DNA of 64,000 nt from Candidatus Spongiisociaceae bacterium (GCA_965219685.1 CBDCOH010000002.1:3552001-3616000); one strand, 5' to 3'; positions 1 to 9,859 are shown, numbered from the stretch's first letter. Made by a program: numbers and translations. Notes: generated from the sequence alone by a model not told the origin.

Positions 1-1
1 G

Positions 2-232
2 GAGACCCACCCAGGAGAGGGAGGCGCCCGCCAGGATCAGGATGGCGCACCAGGCGACGGGCTCCCCCGACATGAGAAACCTCGGTAGGTTCGACCAGGT
101 CCATCCATGGCCGAACCACCAGGCGGACTGCAGCACGCCGGCAGCCAGAGCGACGACGAAGCCGGCGACCGGCACCAGGTCGATACGTGTGTGGATGCTT
201 CGGGTTAACGGTTCGAGCGTTCGGATGGTCAT
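2..232 (-). CDS. Partial membrane protein (runs off window start)
   Basis: ATG at 232 preceded by GGAGGTGTG. Open frame MTIRTLEPLTRSIHTRIDLVPVAGFVVALAAGVLQSAWW... is hydrophobic. Confidence 0.5.
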   Translation of the reverse strand, partial: MTIRTLEPLTRSIHTRIDLVPVAGFVVALAAGVLQSAWWFGHGWTWSNLPRFLMSGEPVAWCAILILAGASLSWVGL

Positions 233-401
233 CACACCTCCTTGGTCTCGGGCTCGACTGATCTTGTCGTGTTCTCCGCAACCAATGTATGGGATGGGTG
301 TGACACGGTCCGTTGTACCTTGATTGTTGCCGCCCACCGGCCGTAGGTCGGCGTCGGGCGGGGGATCCGGGAGTTCGGGAAAAAAGGTGGAAACATCCCT
401 C

Positions 402-430
402 TTGTCAAACGACAATCCGTAATATATCGT
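402..430 (+). promoter_or_regulatory. Putative sigma70-type promoter, leaderless transcript
   Basis: TTGTCA-17bp-TATCGT, with ATG (438) 7 nt after the -10. Palindrome TTGTC-AAAC-GACAA overlaps the -35. Confidence 0.5.
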
Positions 431-437
431 TGCTGAC

Positions 438-1313
438 ATGGAACTCGATGCCACGGCACTGACCTCCGGGGCCACCCTGGCCCTCGTGTTCATCTCCCTG
501 TTGGGGTTGACGATCCGGATGAACCGCCAGTTCGCCGATCTCCAGGCTGCGGTCGGTGCGCTTGATGCCAAGGTCGGAGCTCTCGCTGCCGACGTGGCCG
601 AAAACAGGTCACAGATCCAGCGGCTGCGTGCGGAGATGAGGCAGTTGCGTGGTGAGATGAATGAGGGATTCCGGCTGGTGCGGGAAGAGATGGGCGGAGA
701 GGTTGGGCAGTTGCGTGGTGAGATGAATGAGGGATTCCGGCTGGTGCGGGAAGAGTTCGGGCGGGTGCGTGCGGAGATGGGGCAGTTGCGTGTTGATATG
801 GGCGAAGAGTTCGGGCAGGTGCGTGCGGAGATGGGCGGAGAGTTCGGGCAGCTGCGTGGCGAGATGAGGGAAGAGTTCGGGCGGGTGCGTGGTGAGATGA
901 ATGAGGGATTCCGGCTGGTGCGGGAAGAGTTCGGGCAGTTGCGTGGTGATATGGGCGGAGAGTTCGGGCAGTTGCGTGGTGAGATGAGGGAAGAGTTCGG
1001 GCAGTTGCGTGGCGAGATGAGGGAAGAGTTCGGGCGGTTGCGTGGCGAGACGGCGGAAGAGTTCCGGCTGTTGCGCAGCGAGAACAGCAAGGAGTTCCGG
1101 CTGATCCGTACCGAGAGGCAGGAGAGCTTCAACGTCATTGAGCGCAAGATCGAGCGACTCGGGGACAAGATCGATGCCAACGCCGCCGCACACGACGCCA
1201 ACCTCAAGGAGGTGGGCAGACACGTAGCCGGACTCAATGCCCGGGTGTCCAGGGTCGAGGGCTACATCGAGGGGATCTCCGGTGGAGAGTGGCCGGTGGC
1301 CAGCGGGCAGTAG
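438..1313 (+). CDS. Membrane-anchored coiled-coil protein with 11-aa (33-bp) repeats (DUF1640/CCDC90-like)
   Basis: N-terminal hydrophobic helix, many EEFGQLRGEMR-type repeats, C-terminal RVSRVEG motif. Confidence 0.75.
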   Translation: MELDATALTSGATLALVFISLLGLTIRMNRQFADLQAAVGALDAKVGALAADVAENRSQIQRLRAEMRQLRGEMNEGFRLVREEMGGEVGQLRGEMNEGFRLVREEFGRVRAEMGQLRVDMGEEFGQVRAEMGGEFGQLRGEMREEFGRVRGEMNEGFRLVREEFGQLRGDMGGEFGQLRGEMREEFGQLRGEMREEFGRLRGETAEEFRLLRSENSKEFRLIRTERQESFNVIERKIERLGDKIDANAAAHDANLKEVGRHVAGLNARVSRVEGYIEGISGGEWPVASGQ

Positions 1314-1419
1314 ATCCGTTGTTCGTCGTCCGTGACAAGGAGCTTCAGGCCTGCGCCGGAAGGGACGGTCATACGGCGATCCCCCGGCAACTGACCCCTG
1401 ACCACCTATTCTCCCCCAT

Positions 1420-1860
1420 ATGAGCGATCCGGCCGCCACTCCCGCCTTTCAGCCCATCACGTATGACCGCAGGCTCCGGTTTTCCGACTGCGATGCCCAG
1501 GGGATCGTCTACAACCCCAACTATCTTGTCTACTGGGACGACGCCTTCACGGACTACATGGACGCAATCGGGTGTTCATGGGCCTTCATGGTGTCCATGG
1601 GGGACGATGTGGTACTGGCCCGCACCGAGATCGACTACCGGCGCTCGGCGGGGATGGGTCAGGTGGTTCGCACGACTGCCCGGGTGGTGAGGATCGGGCG
1701 GAGTTCCATCCTCTTCGAGTACCTGACCGTCGATGCCGACACGGGCGACACCTTGGTGGAGGGCAGTCAGGTGCAGGTGATTGTCGACCACGAGACCATG
1801 CGCCCCAAGCAGGTGCCCGAGTACCTCCGAGAGATGATCCGGGTCCAGGAAGGCTGGTGA
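1420..1860 (+). CDS. Acyl-CoA thioesterase (4HBT/YbgC family)
   Basis: RFSDCDAQGIVYNPNYLVYWD hotdog-fold motif. Confidence 0.9.
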   Translation: MSDPAATPAFQPITYDRRLRFSDCDAQGIVYNPNYLVYWDDAFTDYMDAIGCSWAFMVSMGDDVVLARTEIDYRRSAGMGQVVRTTARVVRIGRSSILFEYLTVDADTGDTLVEGSQVQVIVDHETMRPKQVPEYLREMIRVQEGW

Positions 1861-1912
1861 TCGGTGATCGGTGCCTGGTGGTTCAGGTCTTGGCTGGGGT
1901 TCGGTCGCGGTT

Positions 1913-4900
1913 TCAGGGATTGGAGGAGTCTGATCGTTTCGGGGTGTGCGTGATCGTGATCGTGGTGTCGGGTGTGGTGGACACGACGGTGATGGTGTAG
2001 CCGTGGATGGTGACGCTCTGTCCGCTGACCAGGATCGGGTAGTCATCGACTTGTCCGTTTCCTGAGTCGCCGACCACTTTCAGGGGCAAGTCTCCCGATT
2101 CGAGGGTCGCGTCGACCGTGTACACCAACACGCCCTCGGTCACAAGGGCCGGGTAGGTCGTCCGCACGCCGTCCGGGGATTCATAGGCTTGGCCTTTGTC
2201 GTAGCCGATCTTGCGTCTGGCTTCGACAACGATCACTTCGGACTCCGATATCGGTATCGCCACCATCGCTATGCCGTCGCCCGGGTCGGCAGCCGGGGTG
2301 AGGGTGACGGTTGCGTGCGGGTCGGTGACGCAGTGGATCTGGTCGGGTTCGAGCCATCCGAGTTGCCAGCGACTCCACGCCAACACTTCATCGGCCAACA
2401 GAGAATCCGCGTAGCCGGTGGAGGTGCCACCGTCGGGCCACCGCCAGGTATGTGCGAGGCGTGGGTCTTGTACGTCGGCGAGGAGATAGCTCCACATGGA
2501 CATGAGACCGAACCTGAGAGCTACCCATCTGCGGTTGTTCGGGGGATCGGGTTGCTGATGCCGGGCCTCGTCGTACGGATACAGATCCAGCAGTCCGAGC
2601 CCATGGACAAGTTCGTGAGCGGCGTCGCGGCCCCAATCGTGCGGGGCTGACCCCTCGTCGTGTCTGAACGCGTTGATCACGGCCGCCCGCCCGATCGGTC
2701 CTTCGTCGGTGTCGACCCCCACCGTGGCGATCCCGCCTCCGAAGTGTGAACTGGGCGCGATGACCATCACATGCTGGTAGCCGGCGAAGTCGAAGCCGTC
2801 GTCCGCTAGTCGCACAGCCTCACGCACGATCTCCTGCCACACCTTGTACTGGCGGTAGCTCTTCTCGGCCCGTAGCCACCCGTGCAGGACTCCGAACTCC
2901 AGGCTGAGTTTCCCGTAGCTGGAACGCTCGACGACCTCTCTCGCTCTTCGCAGGCTCGAGGCCGCTTCGCGCTGGGTGGAATGCTGCGCCGCAGCGTCGG
3001 GGAAGTCCACGAACAGCGCCGCCACCCTCAGGGTCCCGGTGGAGGGCACCGCCCAGCCTGGCAGGGGGAAACCGGCCGTGATGCCCTCGACACCCTTCGG
3101 GCGGCACATCCGCGGGTCTGGACCCCGGGTCCATGCTGCTTGCCGCACACCGGGCGGAGATGAGACCACCAACTCCTGCCCCCAACAGTCGAGGGTCCCG
3201 TTCGATCGGATGCCGCAGGTGTGTACCCATCCGGCGGTGACAGCGCTGAACTTCCCCTCGGGAGGGTCAGCCTGACCGTCGGTGTCGTCGCCCCAGCAGA
3301 CAACGGTCCAATCGGTGCGGATCGCACAAGAGTGGGAGTTCCCGGCCGAGATCGCGCTGAACCTCCCCCCCGGAGCGTCCGCCACGCCCTTCCAGTTGCT
3401 TCCCCAGCAGACGGCTGTCCCGTCGGTGCGGATCCCACACGAATGCGCATTGCCGGCGGACACGGCGCTGAACTGTCCCTCGGGATGATCGGCTTGGCCA
3501 TTGGAGTTGTTTCCCCAGCAGACGGCTGTCCCGTCGGTGCGGATCCCACACGAATGCGCATTGCCGGCGGACACGGCGCTGAACTGTCCCTCGGGATGAT
3601 CGGCTTGGCCATTGGAGTTGTTTCCCCAGCAGGCTACGGACCCGTCGTTGCGGACCCCACAGGAATGCGCCCACCCGGCAGCAACCGCGCTGAACTTCGC
3701 TTCGGGTGGGTCTGCTTCGCCTGCGGTGTTGTTTCCCCAGCAGGCGGCTGTCCCGTCGGCGCGGATCCCGCAGGAGTGCGCCCACCCGGCGGACACGGCG
3801 CTGAACTGTCCTTCGGGAGCATCAACTTGGCCATAGGTGTTGGCGCCCCAGCAGGCGACTGTCCCGTCGGCGTGGATCCCGCACGAATAGTCAATCCCGG
3901 CGGACACGGAAACGAACTTTGCATCCCGCGTGTCCGCTTCGCCGCTGGTGCGCTCCCCCCAGCAGGAAACCGACCCATCGGCGCGAACGCCACACGAGTG
4001 GGTTTCCCCAGCCGCGACGGCGATGAACTCCCCCTTGGGTGGGTCGGATCGACCGTCGGGGTTCTCTCCCCAGCAGGAAACCGTCCCGTCGGTCCGCAGT
4101 CCGCACGAGTGCCAGCCCCCAGCGGACACCGCGCTGAACTTCCCCCAGGGGGCGGAGGCCTGCCCCCACCAGTTGTTCCCCCAGCAGGAAACGGTCCCGT
4201 CGGTCCGGAGTCCGCACGTGTGCCGGTCCCTGGCGGACACCGCTCTGAACTTGCCGTCCGGGGTGTCGGCCTGACCATCGGAGTTGTCGCCCCAGCAGGC
4301 AACGCTCCAGTTGCTGCGGAGTCCGCACGTGTGCCGATGCCCGGCGGACACCGCTCTGAACTTGCCGTCCGGGGCATCCGTCTGACCATCGGAGTTGTCG
4401 CCCCAGCAGACGACGCTCCAGTTGCTGCGGACCCCGCACGTGTGCCGATGCCCGGCGGACACCGCTCTGAACCTGCCGTCCAGGGCGTCGGTCTGCCCGT
4501 CCCGGTTCGCACCCCAACAACCCACCGTCCTGTCAGCAAGCAGCCCACAGGAGTGATCGACTCCCGAAGACACGGTGCTGAACTCCCCCCTGGGCGCATC
4601 GGCCTGCCCCCACGCGTTTTTTCCCCAGCAGACAACCGTTCCGTCGCTGCGGATCCCGCATGAAAACCCTCTACCGGCCGAAACCGATGCGAACCCCCCA
4701 CCCTGGGTTCCGTCCTCGGGCGTGCCGACCGGCCCGGAAGAACCAAGCTGGAGAGTCGGGCTCAGGAAGGTTGCCATCTGAGCCCGGGTGCTGTCCCGGC
4801 CAGGGCAGTCCCGGAGGGGCTCCGTCGAGCAGTCCGACGCCACACCGGAAGCGGCCAACGCTTCCGCAGAGCCCCGATGAGACCCAGCCTCGTCAATATC

Positions 4901-5032
4901 CGAAGAGCCCGAACCAGAATCAGCAGCGACAGCCGGCGCGGCCACCCCCACCCCCAACACCACCCCGACGACAGCCGTCACAGCCGCCAACGCCACCCAC
5001 CGACCAGCAACCACGAACAGAGGGACCCTCAT
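1913..5032 (-). CDS. Secreted RCC1-repeat protein with degenerate SLH domain and C-terminal M6-like zinc metalloprotease
   Basis: Signal peptide after MRVPLFVV; degenerate SLH (TRAQMATFL); ~14 37-aa repeats (VSAGxxHSCGxRxDGTVxCWG); HELVHGLG motif. Start chosen at ATG 5032. Confidence 0.85.
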   Translation of the reverse strand: MRVPLFVVAGRWVALAAVTAVVGVVLGVGVAAPAVAADSGSGSSDIDEAGSHRGSAEALAASGVASDCSTEPLRDCPGRDSTRAQMATFLSPTLQLGSSGPVGTPEDGTQGGGFASVSAGRGFSCGIRSDGTVVCWGKNAWGQADAPRGEFSTVSSGVDHSCGLLADRTVGCWGANRDGQTDALDGRFRAVSAGHRHTCGVRSNWSVVCWGDNSDGQTDAPDGKFRAVSAGHRHTCGLRSNWSVACWGDNSDGQADTPDGKFRAVSARDRHTCGLRTDGTVSCWGNNWWGQASAPWGKFSAVSAGGWHSCGLRTDGTVSCWGENPDGRSDPPKGEFIAVAAGETHSCGVRADGSVSCWGERTSGEADTRDAKFVSVSAGIDYSCGIHADGTVACWGANTYGQVDAPEGQFSAVSAGWAHSCGIRADGTAACWGNNTAGEADPPEAKFSAVAAGWAHSCGVRNDGSVACWGNNSNGQADHPEGQFSAVSAGNAHSCGIRTDGTAVCWGNNSNGQADHPEGQFSAVSAGNAHSCGIRTDGTAVCWGSNWKGVADAPGGRFSAISAGNSHSCAIRTDWTVVCWGDDTDGQADPPEGKFSAVTAGWVHTCGIRSNGTLDCWGQELVVSSPPGVRQAAWTRGPDPRMCRPKGVEGITAGFPLPGWAVPSTGTLRVAALFVDFPDAAAQHSTQREAASSLRRAREVVERSSYGKLSLEFGVLHGWLRAEKSYRQYKVWQEIVREAVRLADDGFDFAGYQHVMVIAPSSHFGGGIATVGVDTDEGPIGRAAVINAFRHDEGSAPHDWGRDAAHELVHGLGLLDLYPYDEARHQQPDPPNNRRWVALRFGLMSMWSYLLADVQDPRLAHTWRWPDGGTSTGYADSLLADEVLAWSRWQLGWLEPDQIHCVTDPHATVTLTPAADPGDGIAMVAIPISESEVIVVEARRKIGYDKGQAYESPDGVRTTYPALVTEGVLVYTVDATLESGDLPLKVVGDSGNGQVDDYPILVSGQSVTIHGYTITVVSTTPDTTITITHTPKRSDSSNP

Positions 5033-5319
5033 CGAAACAGCGACAACACCGGGAGAGGGACGGCTGCTCGTATCGTCAGGCGCCGTGGCCGGAAGAAACG
5101 CGGCCTCGGGCCGCCCCCAGGACTGCCGCGGGCGCGTCTGGTGTTGTACGGGTCCGGGAGTGTCCGGACTTGGATACGTGCCTGCCTGGATGGGTGTTGC
5201 TGTGGCATCGTGAAGGCCCATCTTCGCGGGAGGCGGAGCTCGGACGGTACACCGAGAACGGGAAAGTCCCCGACCTAACGCCAACCACCGCTCACTACCG
5301 AAGCCCCAACACCCAACCC

Positions 5320-5575
5320 CTAGTCCAGCATCGGCGTAGGTGCCGGCACTTCGATCTCGCTGCTCCGCAGCCATGTTCCGACCGGTGCATCGGCCGGCAG
5401 GAAGCGCAACTCGGGAGTTGCCGGTGGGCCGTCGGCAGGCTGGAAGCCCAATTCCACACGGCCGTCGGCAAGTCGGCGGGTTCGGATCCTCCCGATCACG
5501 GTGCCGTCCGATTCCACGTCGCTGCTGACGCTCCAGCGGTCGGGGCGCGAGTCGCTCGGTAACTGGCGGGTCGGT
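5320..5575 (-). pseudogene. Orphan C-terminal domain fragment (IRTRRLADGRVELGF...WLRSSEIEVP)
   Basis: Protein-like frame with internal duplication LPxDxxxxxWxxSSxxE, truncated upstream by a stop. Confidence 0.4.
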
Positions 5576-5591
5576 CACCTGCTGGGGCGAC

Positions 5592-5789
5592 AACCGCTTC
5601 TTCCAGGCGGATGCGCCGTCGCTGGCCGGGGTGCACCAGCCCGCCATCGACGCTCTTGCCGCCTCCGGTGTAACCAAGGGATGCGACACCAACCCGCTGC
5701 GATACTGTCCGAACAAACCGGTCACCCGCGCTGAGATGGCTACCTTCCTGGCCCGGGCTCTCGACCTCCTCTTGAGTGGTGAGTGGTGA
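5592..5789 (+). pseudogene. Orphan single SLH-domain fragment
   Basis: Translates HQPAIDALAASGVTKGCDTNPLRYCPNKPVTRAEMATFLARALDLLLSGEW*, closely resembling SLH repeats at 33000-34900. No start codon or signal peptide. Confidence 0.7.
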
Positions 5790-5954
5790 GTGGTGGTCGG
5801 CGGCCTGTCGGTTAGAGCACTTGCCCTAACCGATTCGAGTACGAGCCGGAAGCGTCTACGAGGCGTCATCGACGCCTTGGCCGGACACCAGGTCCAGGTG
5901 GGTTGGGTGGGTTCCTGAAGGCCGGTGTGGCTGGGCCGTGACTGCCCGTATGGG

Positions 5955-6257
5955 TTATGGGAGGATGCTGTGGTCGCCGCAGCGGTGCCAAACGACGTGT
6001 CGGGTCCCGGTTCTGAGGGGTTGGCCCCATGAGAATGTTGCGCGTCCGTCGGGTGCCCAGGTCATCTCGTAGAGGCCCGTTACCCCGCGTACTCGTTTGA
6101 CGCGTAGCCCGGGTCGGAACCATGACTGTTCGCCTGCTTCCATTGACCGTAGGTCGGCGATGAAATCGGAAAGAGCTGCTTCGGGCCGCTTCTCCTGGGT
6201 GTTTGTGAGACGTTCGTAGTCACGCAGGAACGTAGGCGTTTCTTCATGTGTAGGCAT
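5955..6257 (-). CDS. RelE/ParE-superfamily toxin-like protein
   Basis: 100 aa with FLRDYERL...LRVKRVRG...YEMTWAPDGRATF...GDHSIL pattern. Confidence 0.6.
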   Translation of the reverse strand: MPTHEETPTFLRDYERLTNTQEKRPEAALSDFIADLRSMEAGEQSWFRPGLRVKRVRGVTGLYEMTWAPDGRATFSWGQPLRTGTRHVVWHRCGDHSILP

Positions 6258-6270
6258 TCGCGGAGGTCGG

Positions 6271-6459
6271 CTAGTCGCCGGCCTCAGCAGTTCTTCGCGA
6301 TTGGAGACACGCGAGGAACTCCTCGTCCGTTGCGTGTAGGTGGCGCTGGCTTGTCTCGGAGTTGTCGGTCGGGTAGTGGTATTTGCCTGTGTCTGCGTCT
6401 ATATCAGCGAGGGTCATCGTGGGTTCCTGGTCGATGCCGATGACAGGGGTAGGACTCAT
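6271..6459 (-). CDS. Putative small acidic antitoxin (possibly truncated)
   Basis: Directly upstream of the toxin-like gene; ADIDADTG...DEEFLACL. Confidence 0.4.
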   Translation of the reverse strand: MSPTPVIGIDQEPTMTLADIDADTGKYHYPTDNSETSQRHLHATDEEFLACLQSRRTAEAGD

Positions 6460-6549
6460 GAGTCGACCCTCCTCTCTTGCGGCGCCTTTCGAGAGTCTAC
6501 TACACAGCGGGAAGGTGGATGGTGAGCGGTGGTTGGTGGTTGAGGGTGG

Positions 6550-6909
6550 TGGATCTGGTTCGGAGTGATCGTTTGAGGCCGGTGATCATTCGCCCGATTC
6601 GGGTCTGTCTGTGATAGGAGGGGGCGGAGTTGTTCTTCTTGGGCGAGTCCGAGTCGTTGAGCGAGGACCAGGTGGGTCTCGGTCTCTGCGAGGGATCCGC
6701 TTGCGATTCCGAGGAACCGGAGGTATTCCTATGTGCTGCGCCGGGGCTCCTTCGGCGATGTTGGCTGCGACCGACGCTGCGGATCTGCGTAGTTGGCTGG
6801 TGATCCCGAACCTGTCCGAAGGCGGGAACCCGGTGGAGAGCCGATACGACATCTCGGCGAGATCGATCGATTGCTGCCAGACCTCGAGATCGCGATGACT
6901 ACTTACCAT
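6550..6909 (-). pseudogene. Four-helix-bundle protein (23S rRNA IVP/bAvd-like), disrupted
   Basis: HRDLEVWQ...QLRRSAASVAANIAEG, then a frameshift and TAG, EYLRFLGIASGSLAETETHL, then a second frameshift before RIGRMITGL. Confidence 0.8.
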
Positions 6910-7014
6910 GGCTTCCCCCTCCATGAATGGTAACCCACTCTATAAGTGGTTGGCAGTATGTAATGCTATGGAAGGGTTCACCGGTTGTCTACTGTCTTGT
7001 TCCAACCCGTGATC

Positions 7015-7120
7015 ACGAGCCACCATCCACCACCCAACCATTCACCACTCACTATTCACCATTCACCACCCAACCATTCACCATTCACCGTTCACCACTC
7101 ACTATTCACCATTCACCACT
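7015..7120. repeat. Heptamer tandem repeat (TCACCAT/TCACCAC)
   Basis: ~14 degenerate 7-bp units overlapping the stop of the CoA-transferase gene. Confidence 0.9.
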
Positions 7121-8208
7121 GTCCGGGTGGGGGGATCCTCGTGGCGGGACAGCTTCACGGGGTTTCCGGCCATCTGGAGCGTCGAGCCGTCCGGTAGTTC
7201 CACCTCCACGATCATGTTGCGGGCCTGCACCCCCGGGTCGGCCACCACCGCTCCGATGTCGTTGATCGGACCGCACGGAATCCCCGCCCGCAGCATGCGC
7301 TCCAGCCACACGGCGGCGACATCGCCCGAGAGGGCCTCTTCGAGCTCGGCGGCCAGTTCTTCCGCATTGCGGGTCCGATCGTCGTTGCTGGCGAACCTGG
7401 GGTCGTCCACCAGCGACGGTCGTCCCAATGTCTCGCACAACGTCGAGAACAGCCGGTCGTTGCCCGCCGCGATCACCAGGTGCGTGTCGGCCGCCCGGTA
7501 GGCGGCGAAGGGGGTGATCGACGGGTGGCGGCTGCCCAGCGGTCCCGGCACCACCCCGGTGGCGGAGTACCTGGCGATGGCGTTCTCGAGGATGGCCACC
7601 TGGCAGTCGAGCATGGCCACGTCCACGACCTGGCCCAGCCCGGTCCGTTCCCGGTCGTGGAGGGCCGACAGGATCCCGATCACCGCGAACATGCCGGCGG
7701 TGATGTCCCCCACCGAGGTCCCCACCCGGGTGGGGGCCCCTCCCGGATGGCCCGTGAGGCTCATCAGCCCGCCCATCGCCTGCACGACCATGTCGTAGGC
7801 GGGCCGCTCCGAATACGGCCCGGTCCGCCCGAAGCCGCTGACCGCCGCGTACACCAGCCTGGGCCACCGCTCGCGCAGCACGTCCCAGCCGTAGCCCATC
7901 CGCTCCAGGGCGCCGGGCCGGAAGTTCTCCACCAGCACGTCGGCCTCCTCCACCAGCGCCTCGAACATCGCTCGGTCGGCCGGTTCCGCCAGGTCGAGGG
8001 CCACAGACGACTTGCCCCGGTTCAGCGACTCGAAATACACCGACCGGTCCCCCAGGAAAGGACCGAAACCCCGCGCGTCGTCCCCCGTGCCCGGCCGTTC
8101 CACCTTTATGACCCGGGCCCCCAGGTCGGCCAGCACCATCGTGGCGTAAGGACCGGCCAGCACCCGCGTCAGGTCCACCACCGTTATATCGGAGAGAGGA
8201 CCGCCCAT
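7102..8208 (-). CDS. CaiB/BaiF family III CoA transferase
   Basis: VVDLTRVLAGPYATMVLADLGARVIKVE, NRGKSS, ENFRPG, AYDMVVQA. Confidence 0.95.
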   Translation of the reverse strand: MGGPLSDITVVDLTRVLAGPYATMVLADLGARVIKVERPGTGDDARGFGPFLGDRSVYFESLNRGKSSVALDLAEPADRAMFEALVEEADVLVENFRPGALERMGYGWDVLRERWPRLVYAAVSGFGRTGPYSERPAYDMVVQAMGGLMSLTGHPGGAPTRVGTSVGDITAGMFAVIGILSALHDRERTGLGQVVDVAMLDCQVAILENAIARYSATGVVPGPLGSRHPSITPFAAYRAADTHLVIAAGNDRLFSTLCETLGRPSLVDDPRFASNDDRTRNAEELAAELEEALSGDVAAVWLERMLRAGIPCGPINDIGAVVADPGVQARNMIVEVELPDGSTLQMAGNPVKLSRHEDPPTRTVVNGE

Positions 8209-8332
8209 CGCGGATCACAGTAGCCGGTTGATGTTCCTCGGGCTCTTCGATCGGTATCGCTCCCTGCCAGTCCCGTGTCGAAGCACCAGGCACCTTTCAA
8301 CATTCACCATCCCACCATTCACCATTCACCAT

Positions 8333-8845
8333 TCACCACTCACCATTCAGCCTGGTCCTGATCTGATCGAAGTTCTCGCGGGTCTCTATGCGGAACTCAC
8401 CGAAGCCGGTCGCTAAGGAACGGAGCCCGGAGGCCAAGGAATCGATCCTGGTTCTGTTGCCGTCGATCAGCTCGCGGTTGCCGTCGATCAGTGTGCGGTT
8501 GTGTTCGATCAGTTCGCGGTTGCGTCTGATCTGTGTGCTGTTGTGTTCGATCAGTTCGCGGTTGCGTCTGATCTGTGTGCGGTTGTGTTCGATCAGTTCG
8601 CGGTTGCGTCTGATCTGTGTGCTGTTGTTGTCGATCTTCTGGCCGTTGGCCTGGATCCGCTCGCGGTTGATCAAGATCTCCGCGTTGAGTTCTGCTGTCC
8701 TGGAGTCGATCTGCGCGGCCAGGGCGTGAGTCATTTCGCTGTTCCCGTCGAGCCTGCGCAGGATCTGGAGCATGAGGCCCATCAGCATGACGATGATGAC
8801 CAGCAGGCCGCTGATGAGAGTCAGGGTCGTAGCATCGACTTCCAT
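8333..8845 (-). CDS. Membrane-anchored coiled-coil protein with 14-aa (42-bp) IxxN repeats
   Basis: MEVDATT plus TM helix; NSTQIRRNRELIEH repeats; upstream TTGCAA-16-TACCAT, 7 nt before the ATG. Confidence 0.75.
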   Translation of the reverse strand: MEVDATTLTLISGLLVIIVMLMGLMLQILRRLDGNSEMTHALAAQIDSRTAELNAEILINRERIQANGQKIDNNSTQIRRNRELIEHNRTQIRRNRELIEHNSTQIRRNRELIEHNRTLIDGNRELIDGNRTRIDSLASGLRSLATGFGEFRIETRENFDQIRTRLNGEW

Positions 8846-8942
8846 AGACATAATGGTAGATAACGAATGATAGATTGCAAAAAGAGGGTGTTATCAGGTG
8901 TTTTGGTGTTAGATGCTAAGTGTTCGGGGGGTCGCGGGGCGT

Positions 8943-9310
8943 CGGTGTCCCCGGTTTTCTTCGATCGGTATCCCTCTCCTGCCCGTCCCATGGCGAAGCA
9001 CCATCCACGAGCCACCACTCACCATTCACCATTCACCATTCACCATTCAGGCGGTTGTCCCCGGTTTTCTTCGATCGGGCTGTCTCTCCTGCCCGTCCCA
9101 TGGCGAAGCACCATCCACGAGCCACCACTCACCATTCACTATTCACCATTCACCATCCCACCACTCACCATTCACCACTCAGCCGGTGTCCCCGGTTTCT
9201 TCGATCGGGCTGTCTCGCCTGCCCGTCCCATGGCGAAGCACCATCCACGAGCCACCACTCACCATCCCACCATTCACCACTCACCACCCCACCATTCACC
9301 ATTCACCACT
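8943..9310. repeat. Three tandem ~107-132 bp units (conserved ~70-bp core plus heptamer tract); fourth diverged copy at ~8225-8348
   Basis: Core GTCCCCGGTTT(T)CTTCGATCGG..CCTGCCCGTCCCATGGCGAAGCACCATCCACGAGCCACCAC near 8947, 9057 and 9188. Confidence 0.9.
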
Positions 9311-9394
9311 ACGGCCAGATCGTCGTCATCGGCTTCTGACACCAGCCCGCGAAAACAAACGTAACAAGGCTCGTCGAGGGTGAATCCTGCGCGC

Positions 9395-9590
9395 AGCCAC
9401 GAGCCACAAGCCACCATCCACGAGCCGCCATCCACCAGCCACAAGCCAACCAGCCACGGCATGAACAAGGATGCAGTTCACTGCTACGCGCCCAAACCGG
9501 TTACGGACCATTGATCACCTACCACGGGCTGCGAACCACAAGCCGCCAGCCACAAGCCGCCAGCCACAAGCCGCCAGCCACAAGCCATCT
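9395..9590. repeat. Heptamer repeats (AGCCACA/AGCCGCC type), two tracts
   Basis: e.g. (CACAAGCCGCCAGC)x3 at ~9537-9578. Confidence 0.8.
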
Positions 9591-9859
9591 CACTGCGGAA
9601 ATGTCCCGGTCTGGACGGCCTCAGCCGTAGTATTGGGGGCGATCAGGAGGTGAAGTGGCTTGCGTTCGCGGCTCCGCGTCGGTACCGTTACCCCCACATG
9701 GCTGATCAGGCCCGCCGCGAAGTTGCGTTAAGCGACGCTTCACATAACATGCGCGTGGGTGGGCGGCGTGTTATATTGCCAGGGCTGGCCGGGATACGGG
9801 TTGTAACCAATTCCCTCTCGGCGGCCGACTAAGCATACGAAGGAAGGAAGGGAGGGCAA

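Noticed and set aside
5033-5869. N-terminal 279-aa extension of the 1318-aa ORF
   Set aside because: Not protein-like, overlaps other domain fragments, and precedes a clear signal peptide.
6550-6909. Diversity-generating retroelement (Avd-like gene)
   Set aside because: No reverse transcriptase in the window. The SLH 3' duplicates do not show adenine-specific differences by eye.
8943-9310. Possible CRISPR array
   Set aside because: The repeat is ~70 bp, the spacers are low-complexity heptamers rather than unique sequences, and no cas genes are present.
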